In this document: piece by piece, positions 1-8,429 of the stretch
Numbering within the stretch: the stretch's first letter is position 1
Layout of the letters: the number at the start of each line of letters is the position of its first letter
Notes under the pieces: generated by a model
Told to the model about the DNA's origin: nothing
The model's input: only the letters and a program-made list of their open reading frames with translations
Database searches by the model: none
Assembly (NCBI GenBank): GCA_965221955.1
Contig: CBDCTA010000014.1
Coordinates: 1-64,000 of the forward strand
Origin: Gammaproteobacteria bacterium
GTDB lineage: Bacteria > Pseudomonadota > Gammaproteobacteria > UBA4575
Direction: 5' to 3'
DNA: 64,000 bases
Program-made: the position numbers and the translations under genes

Positions 1-1437
1 TGTTGCACCTTTTTGTTTTCCTTGATGCCAAGCTACCCCCGCAATATCCAAGTGTGCCCAGGTATATTTTTTCGTAAACCTAGAAAGAAAACATGCAGCC
101 GTAATCGTGCCTCCCCAGCGTCCACCAATGTTTGCCATATCTGCAAAGTTGCTATCGAGCTGTGACTGATACTCGTCCCATAGCGGTAGTTGCCAAGTAC
201 GGTCGCCAGTTTGTTCACCTGCTTTGATAAGGTCTTTAGCTAATGCATCATCATTGCTCATTACACCTGAAGGAATTTGTCCTAACGCTACGACACAAGC
301 CCCAGTTAGGGTCGCAACATCAATCACTACTTCAGGTTCATACTTATCAATATAAGTAAGCGCATCACATAACACCAAACGCCCTTCAGCATCCGTATTT
401 AAAATTTCAACCGTTTGGCCGGACATGGTGGTGACTACGTCACCCGGTTTGGTGGCTCTGCCATCTGGCATGTTCTCTGCACAAGCCATTACACCGACTA
501 CATTTAAGGGAAGATCTAATTCACAGCAGGTTTTCATAGTGCCAATGACACTGGCAGCACCACACATATCAAACTTCATTTCATCCATGGTAGCTCCAGG
601 TTTTAATGAGATGCCTCCTGTATCAAAAGTAATACCTTTACCTACCAGAACAATAGGGCGCTCATTCTCATTGCTACCGGTGTACTCCATACAAACTAAT
701 TTTGCAGGTTCAACGCTGCCATTAGAAACGGAAAGCAAGGCACCCATACCCAGTTTTTTCATTTGTGTTTCTTCGAGTACAGAAACTTTTAATTTGCGAA
801 ACTCTTTTTTCAGGGCCAAAGCTTGTTCAGCAAGGTAAGTAGGGGTACATATATTTCCAGGTAAATTGCCAAGTTCTTTTGCCAAATTCATACCGTTTGC
901 GATCGCTTGGCCAATCTCTATGCCATCACGTATATCGGAAAGTTTTTTACGATTACTGGTGATAAGTTTTTGCTTTTTTAAATGTGTTTTAGTTTTCGCT
1001 TTGGGTTTGGTTTCGCTGTAGACATACATCTCAGACGAAATGGAAGTTACACTGACTTGGGCTTTAGTGAGTACATCAGCATTTTTCACAGGTAGTTCAA
1101 TCAGGCAATTAATAATATTGCTGGTTTTATTACGCTTAATTTCACTTGCCACAGCAGACAACGCTTTCTGGTATGCGCTGACAGTGAATTGATCTTCATC
1201 ACCACAGCCAACAATGATGATGCTGTGATGTTTGCTACGACTAGTGTTGTGTAAAGTGGTCACTTGTCCTAGCCCGCCACTGGCAGTGCCGCGTTGGCAT
1301 GCATTCGAAATACTGCCACGATAAATTTTGTCTAATTTTTTAGCGGATTCGCTTAGTCGCTTAGGCTTGAAAATGCCTACTACGACGCAATCAGCAGATT
1401 CTTTATCAATCGATGCGGTTTTGACTATAGTTTCCAT
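1..1437 (-). CDS. pepA: Leucyl aminopeptidase (3' end runs off the window; absent from the ORF track)
   Basis: Minus-strand frame from ATG at 1437 (METIVKTASIDK...) to ...WAHLDIAGVAWHQGKQKGAT at position 1; contains GKGITFDTGG, MKFDMCG and NTDAEGRL; divergent from lptF as usual. Confidence 0.95.
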   Translation of the reverse strand, partial: METIVKTASIDKESADCVVVGIFKPKRLSESAKKLDKIYRGSISNACQRGTASGGLGQVTTLHNTSRSKHHSIIIVGCGDEDQFTVSAYQKALSAVASEIKRNKTSNIINCLIELPVKNADVLTKAQVSVTSISSEMYVYSETKPKAKTKTHLKKQKLITSNRKKLSDIRDGIEIGQAIANGMNLAKELGNLPGNICTPTYLAEQALALKKEFRKLKVSVLEETQMKKLGMGALLSVSNGSVEPAKLVCMEYTGSNENERPIVLVGKGITFDTGGISLKPGATMDEMKFDMCGAASVIGTMKTCCELDLPLNVVGVMACAENMPDGRATKPGDVVTTMSGQTVEILNTDAEGRLVLCDALTYIDKYEPEVVIDVATLTGACVVALGQIPSGVMSNDDALAKDLIKAGEQTGDRTWQLPLWDEYQSQLDSNFADMANIGGRWGGTITAACFLSRFTKKYTWAHLDIAGVAWHQGKQKGAT

Positions 1438-1529
1438 TTTTTCCTCAATTTACTGTCTGTGTTTGCTGCATTATTGCTAATATTGCGATAAATGTAACTG
1501 TATCTGATCTGTTCCAGCAAAAAGCTTAG

Positions 1530-2598
1530 ATGTTTTCCACACTCAATCGCTATTTCTCTAAAGAACTTGCTCAAACTTTCGCCGCTGTGGGCTTGGTTTT
1601 AGTTGTAGTAATTGTGGGTAAATCTTTTGTCAGCCTACTTTCTAAAGTTATGGACGGAAAGTTACCGTCAGATGTGGTGATGTCTTTGCTGGGTTTGGGA
1701 ATATTAAAATCTGCGATTTTGTTAGTTCCCTTCGCATTACTGCTCACCATCATGCTAGTGCTAGGGCGTTATTATCGTGACAGTGAAATTTACGCAATTA
1801 AGGCTAGCGGCATCGGTTCATTTTCGTTGTTGCGTTACGCCAGTTTGGTGGTTATTCCAATTGTCACATTGTTATTTTTCCTGTCAATTTTTTCTGCACC
1901 TTGGACAGCCCAGCAAATCGAAAAAATAAAACTCAGAGCGAAAGGCTTAACCGATATCCATGGTTTAACACCTGGACAATTTATTGAATCTAATCAAGGG
2001 AATTGGGTGGTGTTCGTTGAAGAGGCCGATAAAAGATTCAGGTGAAGTGAAGAACGTTTTTATTTCAGATCGTAGAGAAGGGAAAGTAGCGATCGAAACT
2101 GCAAAATTTGCGGAACAGAAAAATTTATCGGAGTTGGGGGGAGAGTCGCTAATCTTAAAGAAAGGTCAGCGTTATCAAGGTATGCCAGGTGAAGGGGGTT
2201 TTACGGTATTAACCTTCGATCAACATGCGGTGCGAATACCTGAATTTGATCTTAAGCTAGATCATCAAGATCCGGAATTTAAATCAACTACTGCATTACT
2301 GAAATCTAATGCATTAAGTGATGTGGCAGAATTTCAATGGCGTATCTCTGTACCCATTGCAGCCATATTAGTGGTGTTGCTGGCCTTTCCGCTTAGTGTG
2401 TCTAGTCCAAGACAAGGACGGTTTGCCAATCTCGGAATTGCTATTGTTATTTATTTAATTTATTCAAATTTACTTATCTTGATGGAAGCATGGGTAGCAG
2501 ATGGAAAATTCCCTGCCATACCTGGAATGTTCCTAGTGCATATTGGCATGTTGGTCTTAATTATTATTTTAACCATGCGACAACGATTAGGAGCTTAG
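1530..2598 (+). CDS. lptF: LPS export ABC permease LptF, split into two ORFs by a +1 frameshift near 2031-2034
   Basis: N-half has GRYYRDSEIYAIKASG, C-half has AEFQWRISVP and PRQGRF; removing one A from gatAAAAgattca joins the frames; pepA-lptF-lptG synteny. Confidence 0.9.
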
Positions 2599-2599
2599 T

Positions 2600-3709
2600 G
2601 TGATTTTGTTCAAGCACTATGATCGTTACTTAGGAAGAACCGTGTTCATCGGTACCTTGTTTGCGTTACTCGTGTTGTTTTCAATTGATTCCATTATCGA
2701 TTTTATTGATGATGTGGAATCTGTAGATGATCGTGGCTTTACATTTAACCATGTGTTGTTGAGATTGTTTTATGGTATGCCTCAACGTCTTTATGAATTT
2801 ATGCCCACTGCTCTGTTGTTGGGTGCGCTCATCGGGCTAGGGCAGCTTGCAGCCAAAAGCGAGTTAGTTGCTTTACGTTCTGCTGGTATCAGCAAAATGA
2901 GAATCATCTGGTCTGCGCTAAAAGTTGGAATTGTGCTTGTAGCGTTGAGTGTTTGGGTAGGAGAAATGGTGGTTCCTACATCACAAGGTTATGTGAACAG
3001 CTTAAGTAAGAGCCAGGTAAGACATACTAATAGTGATGGCGAGCAAGTCAGTGACATTAAAAAAATATCATTACGTTCAAAATACGGTGTTTGGGTACGT
3101 GATGGTAAGCGTTATGTGAATGCACAAGAAATTTATCCTGATTATCGCATGCGTGATATTTGGGTGTATGAATTAGATGAACAATACAAATTAAAACGTG
3201 CAAGTTTCATCAAACAAGCGGTTTATCAAAATGAAGTTTGGAAATTATCTGATATTAAACATAGTCTAATTTCCCAAAATGGCGTGGAAACCGTTGCGGC
3301 GGAAGAAGAACATTGGGAAAGATTGGTTTCACCTGACCTATTTGATGTGATCACTGTTAAACCGGAATATATGGGGGCTGCAAAGCTTAAAAAATATATT
3401 AATTATTTAGAAGGTAATGAACTTGATGCGCAACGTTATGAGCTTGCATACTACAATCGTTTCGCAAATCCATTGTCTGGTATAGCAATGTTGTTGATTG
3501 CATTACCATTTGTGTTTCGATCAGCGCGTACAGGAGGGTTAGGGCAACGAATTATCTTAGGCGCAGTCATTGCACTTGCATTTAATATATCAAGTAAAAT
3601 GTTAGCAAATTCTAGTGCAGTATACGACATACCGCCGATATTGGGGGCATTTTTACCAACATTGATTGTCATTACGATTGCCACGATTGCGATAAAGAGG
3701 ATGGCGTAA
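2600..3709 (+). CDS. lptG: LPS export ABC permease LptG
   Basis: GLGQLAAKSELVALRSAGIS motif, YjgP/Q-family hydrophobicity, follows lptF. Confidence 0.93.
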   Translation: MILFKHYDRYLGRTVFIGTLFALLVLFSIDSIIDFIDDVESVDDRGFTFNHVLLRLFYGMPQRLYEFMPTALLLGALIGLGQLAAKSELVALRSAGISKMRIIWSALKVGIVLVALSVWVGEMVVPTSQGYVNSLSKSQVRHTNSDGEQVSDIKKISLRSKYGVWVRDGKRYVNAQEIYPDYRMRDIWVYELDEQYKLKRASFIKQAVYQNEVWKLSDIKHSLISQNGVETVAAEEEHWERLVSPDLFDVITVKPEYMGAAKLKKYINYLEGNELDAQRYELAYYNRFANPLSGIAMLLIALPFVFRSARTGGLGQRIILGAVIALAFNISSKMLANSSAVYDIPPILGAFLPTLIVITIATIAIKRMA

Positions 3710-3742
3710 TCTTATTTAAATTGTCTGTATCAGGAAAATTTC

Positions 3743-4087
3743 ATGGCGTTATTTAGATTGTTTTTAATATTTTCATCAGTGGTTATCTTTGTAATTACAT
3801 TCATTGTATTAACAGCAAATGGTGTCAATTGGCCAAGCGTATTTTTTGGCGACATTCTTGATCTAAACTGGCGTTCACAATTCAATGTTGATTTTTTAAT
3901 TCATCTATTTTTGTTAGCAACTTGGATCGCATGGCGTGAAGGCTTTACTCCTAAGAGTTATATATTTGGTTTTCTAAGTATCTTTCTAGGCGGAATGTTC
4001 GGGTTTCTCTATATTTTGTATGCGACTTATCAGACGAATGGAGACCCTAGGGCTTTGTTACTTGGTAAGCGCTTGGATGGTGCGTGA
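3743..4087 (+). CDS. Small membrane protein of unknown function
   Basis: 114 aa, about three hydrophobic segments, WIAWRE motif, RBS-like CAGGAA upstream. Confidence 0.75.
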   Translation: MALFRLFLIFSSVVIFVITFIVLTANGVNWPSVFFGDILDLNWRSQFNVDFLIHLFLLATWIAWREGFTPKSYIFGFLSIFLGGMFGFLYILYATYQTNGDPRALLLGKRLDGA

Positions 4088-4190
4088 GTATAAGGATATA
4101 CGAATATGAGTCGCGTCTAGATGGCGCGAACAAATTAAAGTTAGGTGGAATTAAAAGAGGTATGTTGGTGGATTTAAGTTACTTTTATAA

Positions 4191-4220
4191 AATGACAGCT
4201 AACGACCCAAAGTGTGAGTA
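4191..4220. repeat. 30-bp array palindrome, copy 1 (right arm divergent)
   Basis: AATGACAGCT-AAC-GACC-CAA-AGTGTGAGTA. Confidence 0.65.
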
Positions 4221-4284
4221 CATGGATGGGCGAACATGAGATGCAACAAGGAGGTTGCTTCAGATTCAATATTTCTTTTAATAG

Positions 4285-4314
4285 AATGACTGCTATCGAC
4301 CCAAAGCGGACATT
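4285..4314. repeat. 30-bp array palindrome, copy 2
   Basis: AATGACTGCT-ATC-GACC-CAA-AGCGGACATT. Confidence 0.92.
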
Positions 4315-4343
4315 TATGCAAATTAATAAATCAATAGCAAGAC

Positions 4344-4877
4344 ATGACTTTAATTCGTGACGCAACGAATTTGGATTCTGAATACATCCGCGAAATACAC
4401 ATGCACGCATTCAATAAAGACGAAGCAAAAAAGGTAGCAACACTTGCATGCAATCTTCTTAATGAAGAAACAAATCCTAGAACATTGACAAAGGTAGCTG
4501 AGATAGATGGTCAAGTGATAGGCCACATCGCATTTAGTCCAGTAACTTTTAATACAAATAAGAAATTAAAAGGTTATATTCTGGCTCCACTTGGCGTTAA
4601 ACCTGAGTATCAAAGGCATCAAGTTGGAACAAAACTCGTTGAAAATGGAATAGAACAACTATCAAGAGAAGGAGTCTGCATAATATTTGTTTATGGCGAC
4701 CCAAAATACTATAGCAAGTTAGGATTTAATGAAAAGACTGCAGCTAATTTCTACCCACCTTACAAATTGCAGTATCCTTTTGGATGGTTGGCACTTGTTC
4801 TTAATGAGAAGTGTAATACTGAACACATTGCAAAGGTAACGTGTGTAGCCTCATTGTGTGATCCTACATTATGGTGA
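4344..4877 (+). CDS. GNAT N-acetyltransferase (YhbS-like)
   Basis: GHIAFSPV, LAPLGVKPEYQRHQVG, VYGDPKYYSKLGF motifs. Confidence 0.9.
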   Translation: MTLIRDATNLDSEYIREIHMHAFNKDEAKKVATLACNLLNEETNPRTLTKVAEIDGQVIGHIAFSPVTFNTNKKLKGYILAPLGVKPEYQRHQVGTKLVENGIEQLSREGVCIIFVYGDPKYYSKLGFNEKTAANFYPPYKLQYPFGWLALVLNEKCNTEHIAKVTCVASLCDPTLW

Positions 4878-4898
4878 CTATGTTTTTTGCTGGATATA

Positions 4899-4928
4899 AA
4901 TGACCGCTATTGGCCGAAAGTGGTCATT
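4899..4928. repeat. 30-bp array palindrome, copy 3
   Basis: AATGACCGCT-ATT-GGCC-GAA-AGTGGTCATT. Confidence 0.92.
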
Positions 4929-4979
4929 TGTAAGTATGATCTTTGCTTGATTCTATTTTCTATTTAATGAAGCTAAAGA

Positions 4980-5408
4980 ATGGTCATGAATAATAAAGTC
5001 AAAATAAACGAAATAATAAACAATGAAACTCGAGCCTTTGATACTCAAGATATTGAACTGTTTTTAAGTATTTTACACCCAGATATGGTTTGGCCATGGC
5101 CGCCGAATGTTAATGCTCATGATCCTTTAGAGTGGGTCCTGCCCTGGGGTCGATATAATAAAAAACGTTGGTACTGTTACCTTGAGAAATTTTTTGATAA
5201 ATATGACCTTGTGCATAATGTTAGAGATACAAGGAAAATTGAGATTTCAAAAGAAGGGGATGGTGCATTTGCTGTTGTAGATGTTAATACACTATGGAAA
5301 ACAAAATCTGGAAAGGAATTACACTGGAATGGACGAGCTTGTAAGATATATACGACTTACAATTCAAAATGGGTGATGATTTCTCAAATGGGACTATTAG
5401 ATTATTAA
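4980..5408 (+). CDS. NTF2/SnoaL-like fold protein
   Basis: RAFDTQDIELFLSILHPDMVW start and terminal beta-strands ending KWVMISQMG, typical of the NTF2-like fold. Confidence 0.7.
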   Translation: MVMNNKVKINEIINNETRAFDTQDIELFLSILHPDMVWPWPPNVNAHDPLEWVLPWGRYNKKRWYCYLEKFFDKYDLVHNVRDTRKIEISKEGDGAFAVVDVNTLWKTKSGKELHWNGRACKIYTTYNSKWVMISQMGLLDY

Positions 5409-5420
5409 AATAATATAATT

Positions 5421-5450
5421 AACGTCCACTAACGACCCAAAGCGGACATC
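5421..5450. repeat. 30-bp array palindrome, copy 4
   Basis: AACGTCCACT-AAC-GACC-CAA-AGCGGACATC. Confidence 0.9.
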
Positions 5451-5488
5451 ATTCAGCCAATGAGACCAATTTATATTTAGGAGTAGTT

Positions 5489-5851
5489 ATGAGTTATGTT
5501 GATGGGTATGTACTACCTGTACCTAAAGCTAATTTATCAGCCTATAAAGAAGTTGCAAATAAAATGGGAAATATTTGGATGGAGCATGGAGCCCTAGCTT
5601 ACAAAGAATGTATCGCAGATGACCTTATCCCAGAGGGAATTGATGCTAATTTTTTAGATGCATCTAGTGCAGAGGAAGGTGATACCGTAATTTTTGCATA
5701 TGTTCTATTTAAATCCCGAGAACATAGAGATGAAGTAAATAAAAAAGCCATGGAAGATCCACGCGCAAAAGAAAGTTGTGATAAGGAAAACAAAATTTTC
5801 AATGCAAATAAAATGCTAATGGGTGGGTTTGAAACATTCATCGATTTGTAA
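5489..5851 (+). CDS. DUF1428 (YbaA-like) protein
   Basis: MSYVDGYVLPVP, WMEHGAL, FKSREHRDEVN, MLMGGF; strong RBS AGGAG. Confidence 0.9.
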   Translation: MSYVDGYVLPVPKANLSAYKEVANKMGNIWMEHGALAYKECIADDLIPEGIDANFLDASSAEEGDTVIFAYVLFKSREHRDEVNKKAMEDPRAKESCDKENKIFNANKMLMGGFETFIDL

Positions 5852-5855
5852 GCTT

Positions 5856-5885
5856 AATGTCCGCTTTCGGCCAATAGCGGACATT
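5856..5885. repeat. 30-bp array palindrome, copy 5 (perfect 10-bp arms)
   Basis: AATGTCCGCT-TTC-GGCC-AAT-AGCGGACATT. Confidence 0.95.
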
Positions 5886-6095
5886 CATAGAATTTCAATA
5901 AACTTTAGCCAGCTACACACAGGAGATATGATAGAGGTTGGTTAAAAAGTGCAAATATCCTCCATAAATGTTGAATTTTTATTCTTTCTATACCTGAAAC
6001 CAACAATTAGCTGAGGTAGAACAAGAAACTTTAGCTTAGGAAAGCTTAATCTTCGTTTGTCCATATATCTCACTATTAGGTTAGGCAAGCTTTTT

Positions 6096-6389
6096 ATGAT
6101 TGCACCTGTCTACAAAAAAATGGCTGGCACATCTGCTGTATTTCTCTCTGCAGATTTTGCGAAGGCATCACCTATGGAACGAGATGGAATGATCTGGACT
6201 GCAGAAGAGCTGCATCTCGAGCAGCTTCCCAGCCAGCGGCAGCCAAAATCCGCAATGGCTAACGCACTTGCTTTGGAAGGCTTGGAAGAATATGACATGC
6301 CAAATAATGGTGACGTTCGTAGGGTTGAGTCAATTGGTGCGGAATTCATATATTTTGATTTAATTCGTGGATGGGTCCAACTCAACTAA
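6096..6389 (+). CDS. Hypothetical protein
   Basis: Open frame (ATG 6096 preferred over TTG 6057); stop lies 23 nt before the next repeat. Confidence 0.65.
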   Translation: MIAPVYKKMAGTSAVFLSADFAKASPMERDGMIWTAEELHLEQLPSQRQPKSAMANALALEGLEEYDMPNNGDVRRVESIGAEFIYFDLIRGWVQLN

Positions 6390-6412
6390 GAGCACTCTTA
6401 AAGAAATAGTTT

Positions 6413-6442
6413 AATGAGCGTTAACGGCACAAGACTGACATT
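6413..6442. repeat. 30-bp array palindrome, copy 6 (degenerate)
   Basis: AATGAGCGTT-AAC-GGCA-CAA-GACTGACATT. Confidence 0.75.
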
Positions 6443-6500
6443 ATCGTTATGTAATTAGTAGCTATTTATGTTTTTGCCCTAAAAATTGAGAGAAACAGTG

Positions 6501-6803
6501 ATGGATAAAAGTTGGAATCTTGAAGATGCACAAAAGCTGGTAGATGAGGTTCCACATAAATTTTCTAAACCTTCAAAAGATGTCATTGAACCACTAGAGA
6601 AAGGTCATAAAGTAAAGCTCATGTTTAATTTTAAAAGTGATAATCCTAAAATATCAAGTAATGAGCAATTGTGGGTTGAAATCCTATTAGTACAAGATAA
6701 TAAATTCTTAGGGCAGCTAGAAGATAATCCTGAACACATTCAAGATTTAAAGTGTGGAGAAATAATAGAATTTGAAGAGCGTCACATCATTGATACAGAC
6801 TGA
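6501..6803 (+). CDS. DUF2314-like hypothetical protein, possibly C-terminally truncated
   Basis: VKLMF...EQLWVEI...FLGQLEDNP...LKCGEIIEF...HIID pattern. Confidence 0.6.
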   Translation: MDKSWNLEDAQKLVDEVPHKFSKPSKDVIEPLEKGHKVKLMFNFKSDNPKISSNEQLWVEILLVQDNKFLGQLEDNPEHIQDLKCGEIIEFEERHIIDTD

Positions 6804-6843
6804 AATAACTCAACATGTTCCATGTAGAGATATAATTAAAACC

Positions 6844-7263
6844 ATGAAAGTTAATGAACACGGCTATGGCATAAGAGATAACTCTTACAATGCGGCGGGT
6901 AGACTTGCTGGCATCACATGTCTCGTGGAAAATTTTTTCTCAAACATGGATACATTTCCTGAAGCAAAAACAATCAGAGAAATGCACCCGCAAGATTTAA
7001 CCGAATCACGCAAAAAATTAACATACTTTCTCTGTGGATGGCTGGGAGGCCCAAAACTTTATCACCAACATTATGGCGGAATCAGTATTCCTGAGGTGCA
7101 TAAACATTTGGCTATTGGGGAAACAGAGCGAGATGCGTGGCTTCTTTGTATGCAAAAGGCTATTGACGCTCAACAATATCTGGACTCCTTTAAGGAATAC
7201 CTATTTGCCCAGTTAAAGATCCCTGCAGAAAGAGTTAAACAAACGTGTGAGAATAAAAACTAA
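6844..7263 (+). CDS. Group II truncated haemoglobin
   Basis: IREMHPQDL, KLTYFLCGWLGGPKLY, HKHLAIGETERDAWLLCM. Confidence 0.88.
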   Translation: MKVNEHGYGIRDNSYNAAGRLAGITCLVENFFSNMDTFPEAKTIREMHPQDLTESRKKLTYFLCGWLGGPKLYHQHYGGISIPEVHKHLAIGETERDAWLLCMQKAIDAQQYLDSFKEYLFAQLKIPAERVKQTCENKN

Positions 7264-7320
7264 CAAGTTGGTTCCAACTGCTACGTTGTATGTGTTGTGA
7301 ATAAACCATAGCGTTAATGA
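7257..7320 (+). repeat. Possible degenerate integron attC-like site
   Basis: TAAC overlapping the globin stop ... GCGTTA; inner TGGTT/AACCA boxes each 4 nt inside the TAAC/GTTA ends. Confidence 0.35.
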
Positions 7321-7345
7321 CCGCTATTGGCCGTAAGCGGACATT
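7316..7345. repeat. 30-bp array palindrome, copy 7
   Basis: AATGACCGCT-ATT-GGCC-GTA-AGCGGACATT. Confidence 0.95.
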
Positions 7346-7352
7346 CATTTCA

Positions 7353-7667
7353 CTATAAAGACTTCCCCCATTTTTCAAGTGCAAGAATAATAGGTTTTAG
7401 TGGTTCAGTTTTCTTAGTAAGGCTATATTCAACTTTCGGTGGCACTACTTGATAAACTTCGCGATGGACGAGACCGTCACTTTCTAGTTCACGTAATTGC
7501 TTGGTCATCATTCTTTGTGTAACACCCGGCATAAATTTTCGCAGTTCACCGAAGCGTTTTTTTCCATCCATAAGGTGATACAAAATAACGCCTTTCCATT
7601 TGCCTCCAATTATCCCGAGAGCAGTTTCTACAGGACAATTTTCTGCTCTTTTTTTACGTGTACTCAT
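7353..7667 (-). CDS. HxlR-family winged-helix regulator
   Basis: CPVETALGIIGGKWK, RFGELRK, VPPKVEYSLT. Confidence 0.93.
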   Translation of the reverse strand: MSTRKKRAENCPVETALGIIGGKWKGVILYHLMDGKKRFGELRKFMPGVTQRMMTKQLRELESDGLVHREVYQVVPPKVEYSLTKKTEPLKPIILALEKWGKSL

Positions 7668-7679
7668 TTAGTCGTTCTC

Positions 7680-7725
7680 ATAGTATACATTTAGATACTA
7701 TAGCACTTTAATGTGCCTACTTTAC
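7680..7725. promoter_or_regulatory. Divergent promoter region with dyads (putative HxlR operator)
   Basis: TAGTATAC-ATTTA-GATACTA and GCAC-TTTAAT-GTGC inverted repeats between the regulator and its divergent target. Confidence 0.45.
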
Positions 7726-7786
7726 ATCTATATACTGTAAGCCTAGCATGATAAACAGTTCAAGAAATCCATATAGGGAAAACAAC

Positions 7787-8365
7787 ATGAAAATTTTAAT
7801 AGTGACTGCTGGATACTCAATATTTGAAGCAAAAGGCCAGTTAAATGGTTTTCTTGCTTACCTCACTCAGAAGAATCTCACTGAAAGAGGGCATGAAATC
7901 AAGGTGTCTGATGTCGTAAAAGATACTTGGGATGTGGATCGCGAAGTTGAAAAGCTGTTATGGGCAGATACGATTATCTATATCACGCCCATCATGTGGT
8001 TCAATATGCCTGCGCCCATGGTGAGATGGCTTGATGAAGTACTACTCTATGAAAAAACGTTTGTTATCACGGATGAATACGGTGAAGGTGGGAGGGTGTC
8101 CGCAAATAACTTCATGATTGTGACTACATCAAACTTAAAGAAAAGTGATTTGGGTAATGGGTATGTATTGAATAACGCATCTCACATCGATGATTTATTG
8201 CAGCCACTTATTATGACCAATACTTATCTTAGTGTTCGTAATCAGATCCCAACTTTTCATGCGGATAACGTAATCGCAGGTGATACTAGTTGGATACAAT
8301 CTGCATATGAAAATCATTTGGATATGCACTTTGAAGAAGAAGTTTCTTTAGCGGTTGCTGGTTGA
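7787..8365 (+). CDS. Flavodoxin-fold NAD(P)H-dependent oxidoreductase (MdaB-like)
   Basis: MKILIV, EVEKLLWADTIIYITPIMWFNMPAPMVRWLDEV. Confidence 0.85.
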   Translation: MKILIVTAGYSIFEAKGQLNGFLAYLTQKNLTERGHEIKVSDVVKDTWDVDREVEKLLWADTIIYITPIMWFNMPAPMVRWLDEVLLYEKTFVITDEYGEGGRVSANNFMIVTTSNLKKSDLGNGYVLNNASHIDDLLQPLIMTNTYLSVRNQIPTFHADNVIAGDTSWIQSAYENHLDMHFEEEVSLAVAG

Positions 8366-8374
8366 CAGTAAAAA

Positions 8375-8404
8375 TATTTCCGCTTTTGGCCGTAAGCGGA
8401 CATT
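8375..8404. repeat. 30-bp array palindrome, copy 8
   Basis: TATTTCCGCT-TTT-GGCC-GTA-AGCGGACATT. Confidence 0.9.
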
Positions 8405-8429
8405 TTAATTTAGACTGGCTTTAATCTGA

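Noticed and set aside
425-838. 137-aa plus-strand ORF and the many other short antisense ORFs in the track
   Set aside because: Shadows of well-supported genes on the opposite strand or in another frame (here pepA).
4174-4410. 78-aa minus-strand ORF (and the similar one at 53610-53846)
   Set aside because: They translate through the palindrome (NVRFGSIAVI, MSAFGRG) and overlap other features; artefacts of the repeat.
4191-8404. The 30-bp repeats as a CRISPR array
   Set aside because: Spacers are 64 to about 1030 bp and contain whole genes, the repeats are degenerate, and no cas genes are present.
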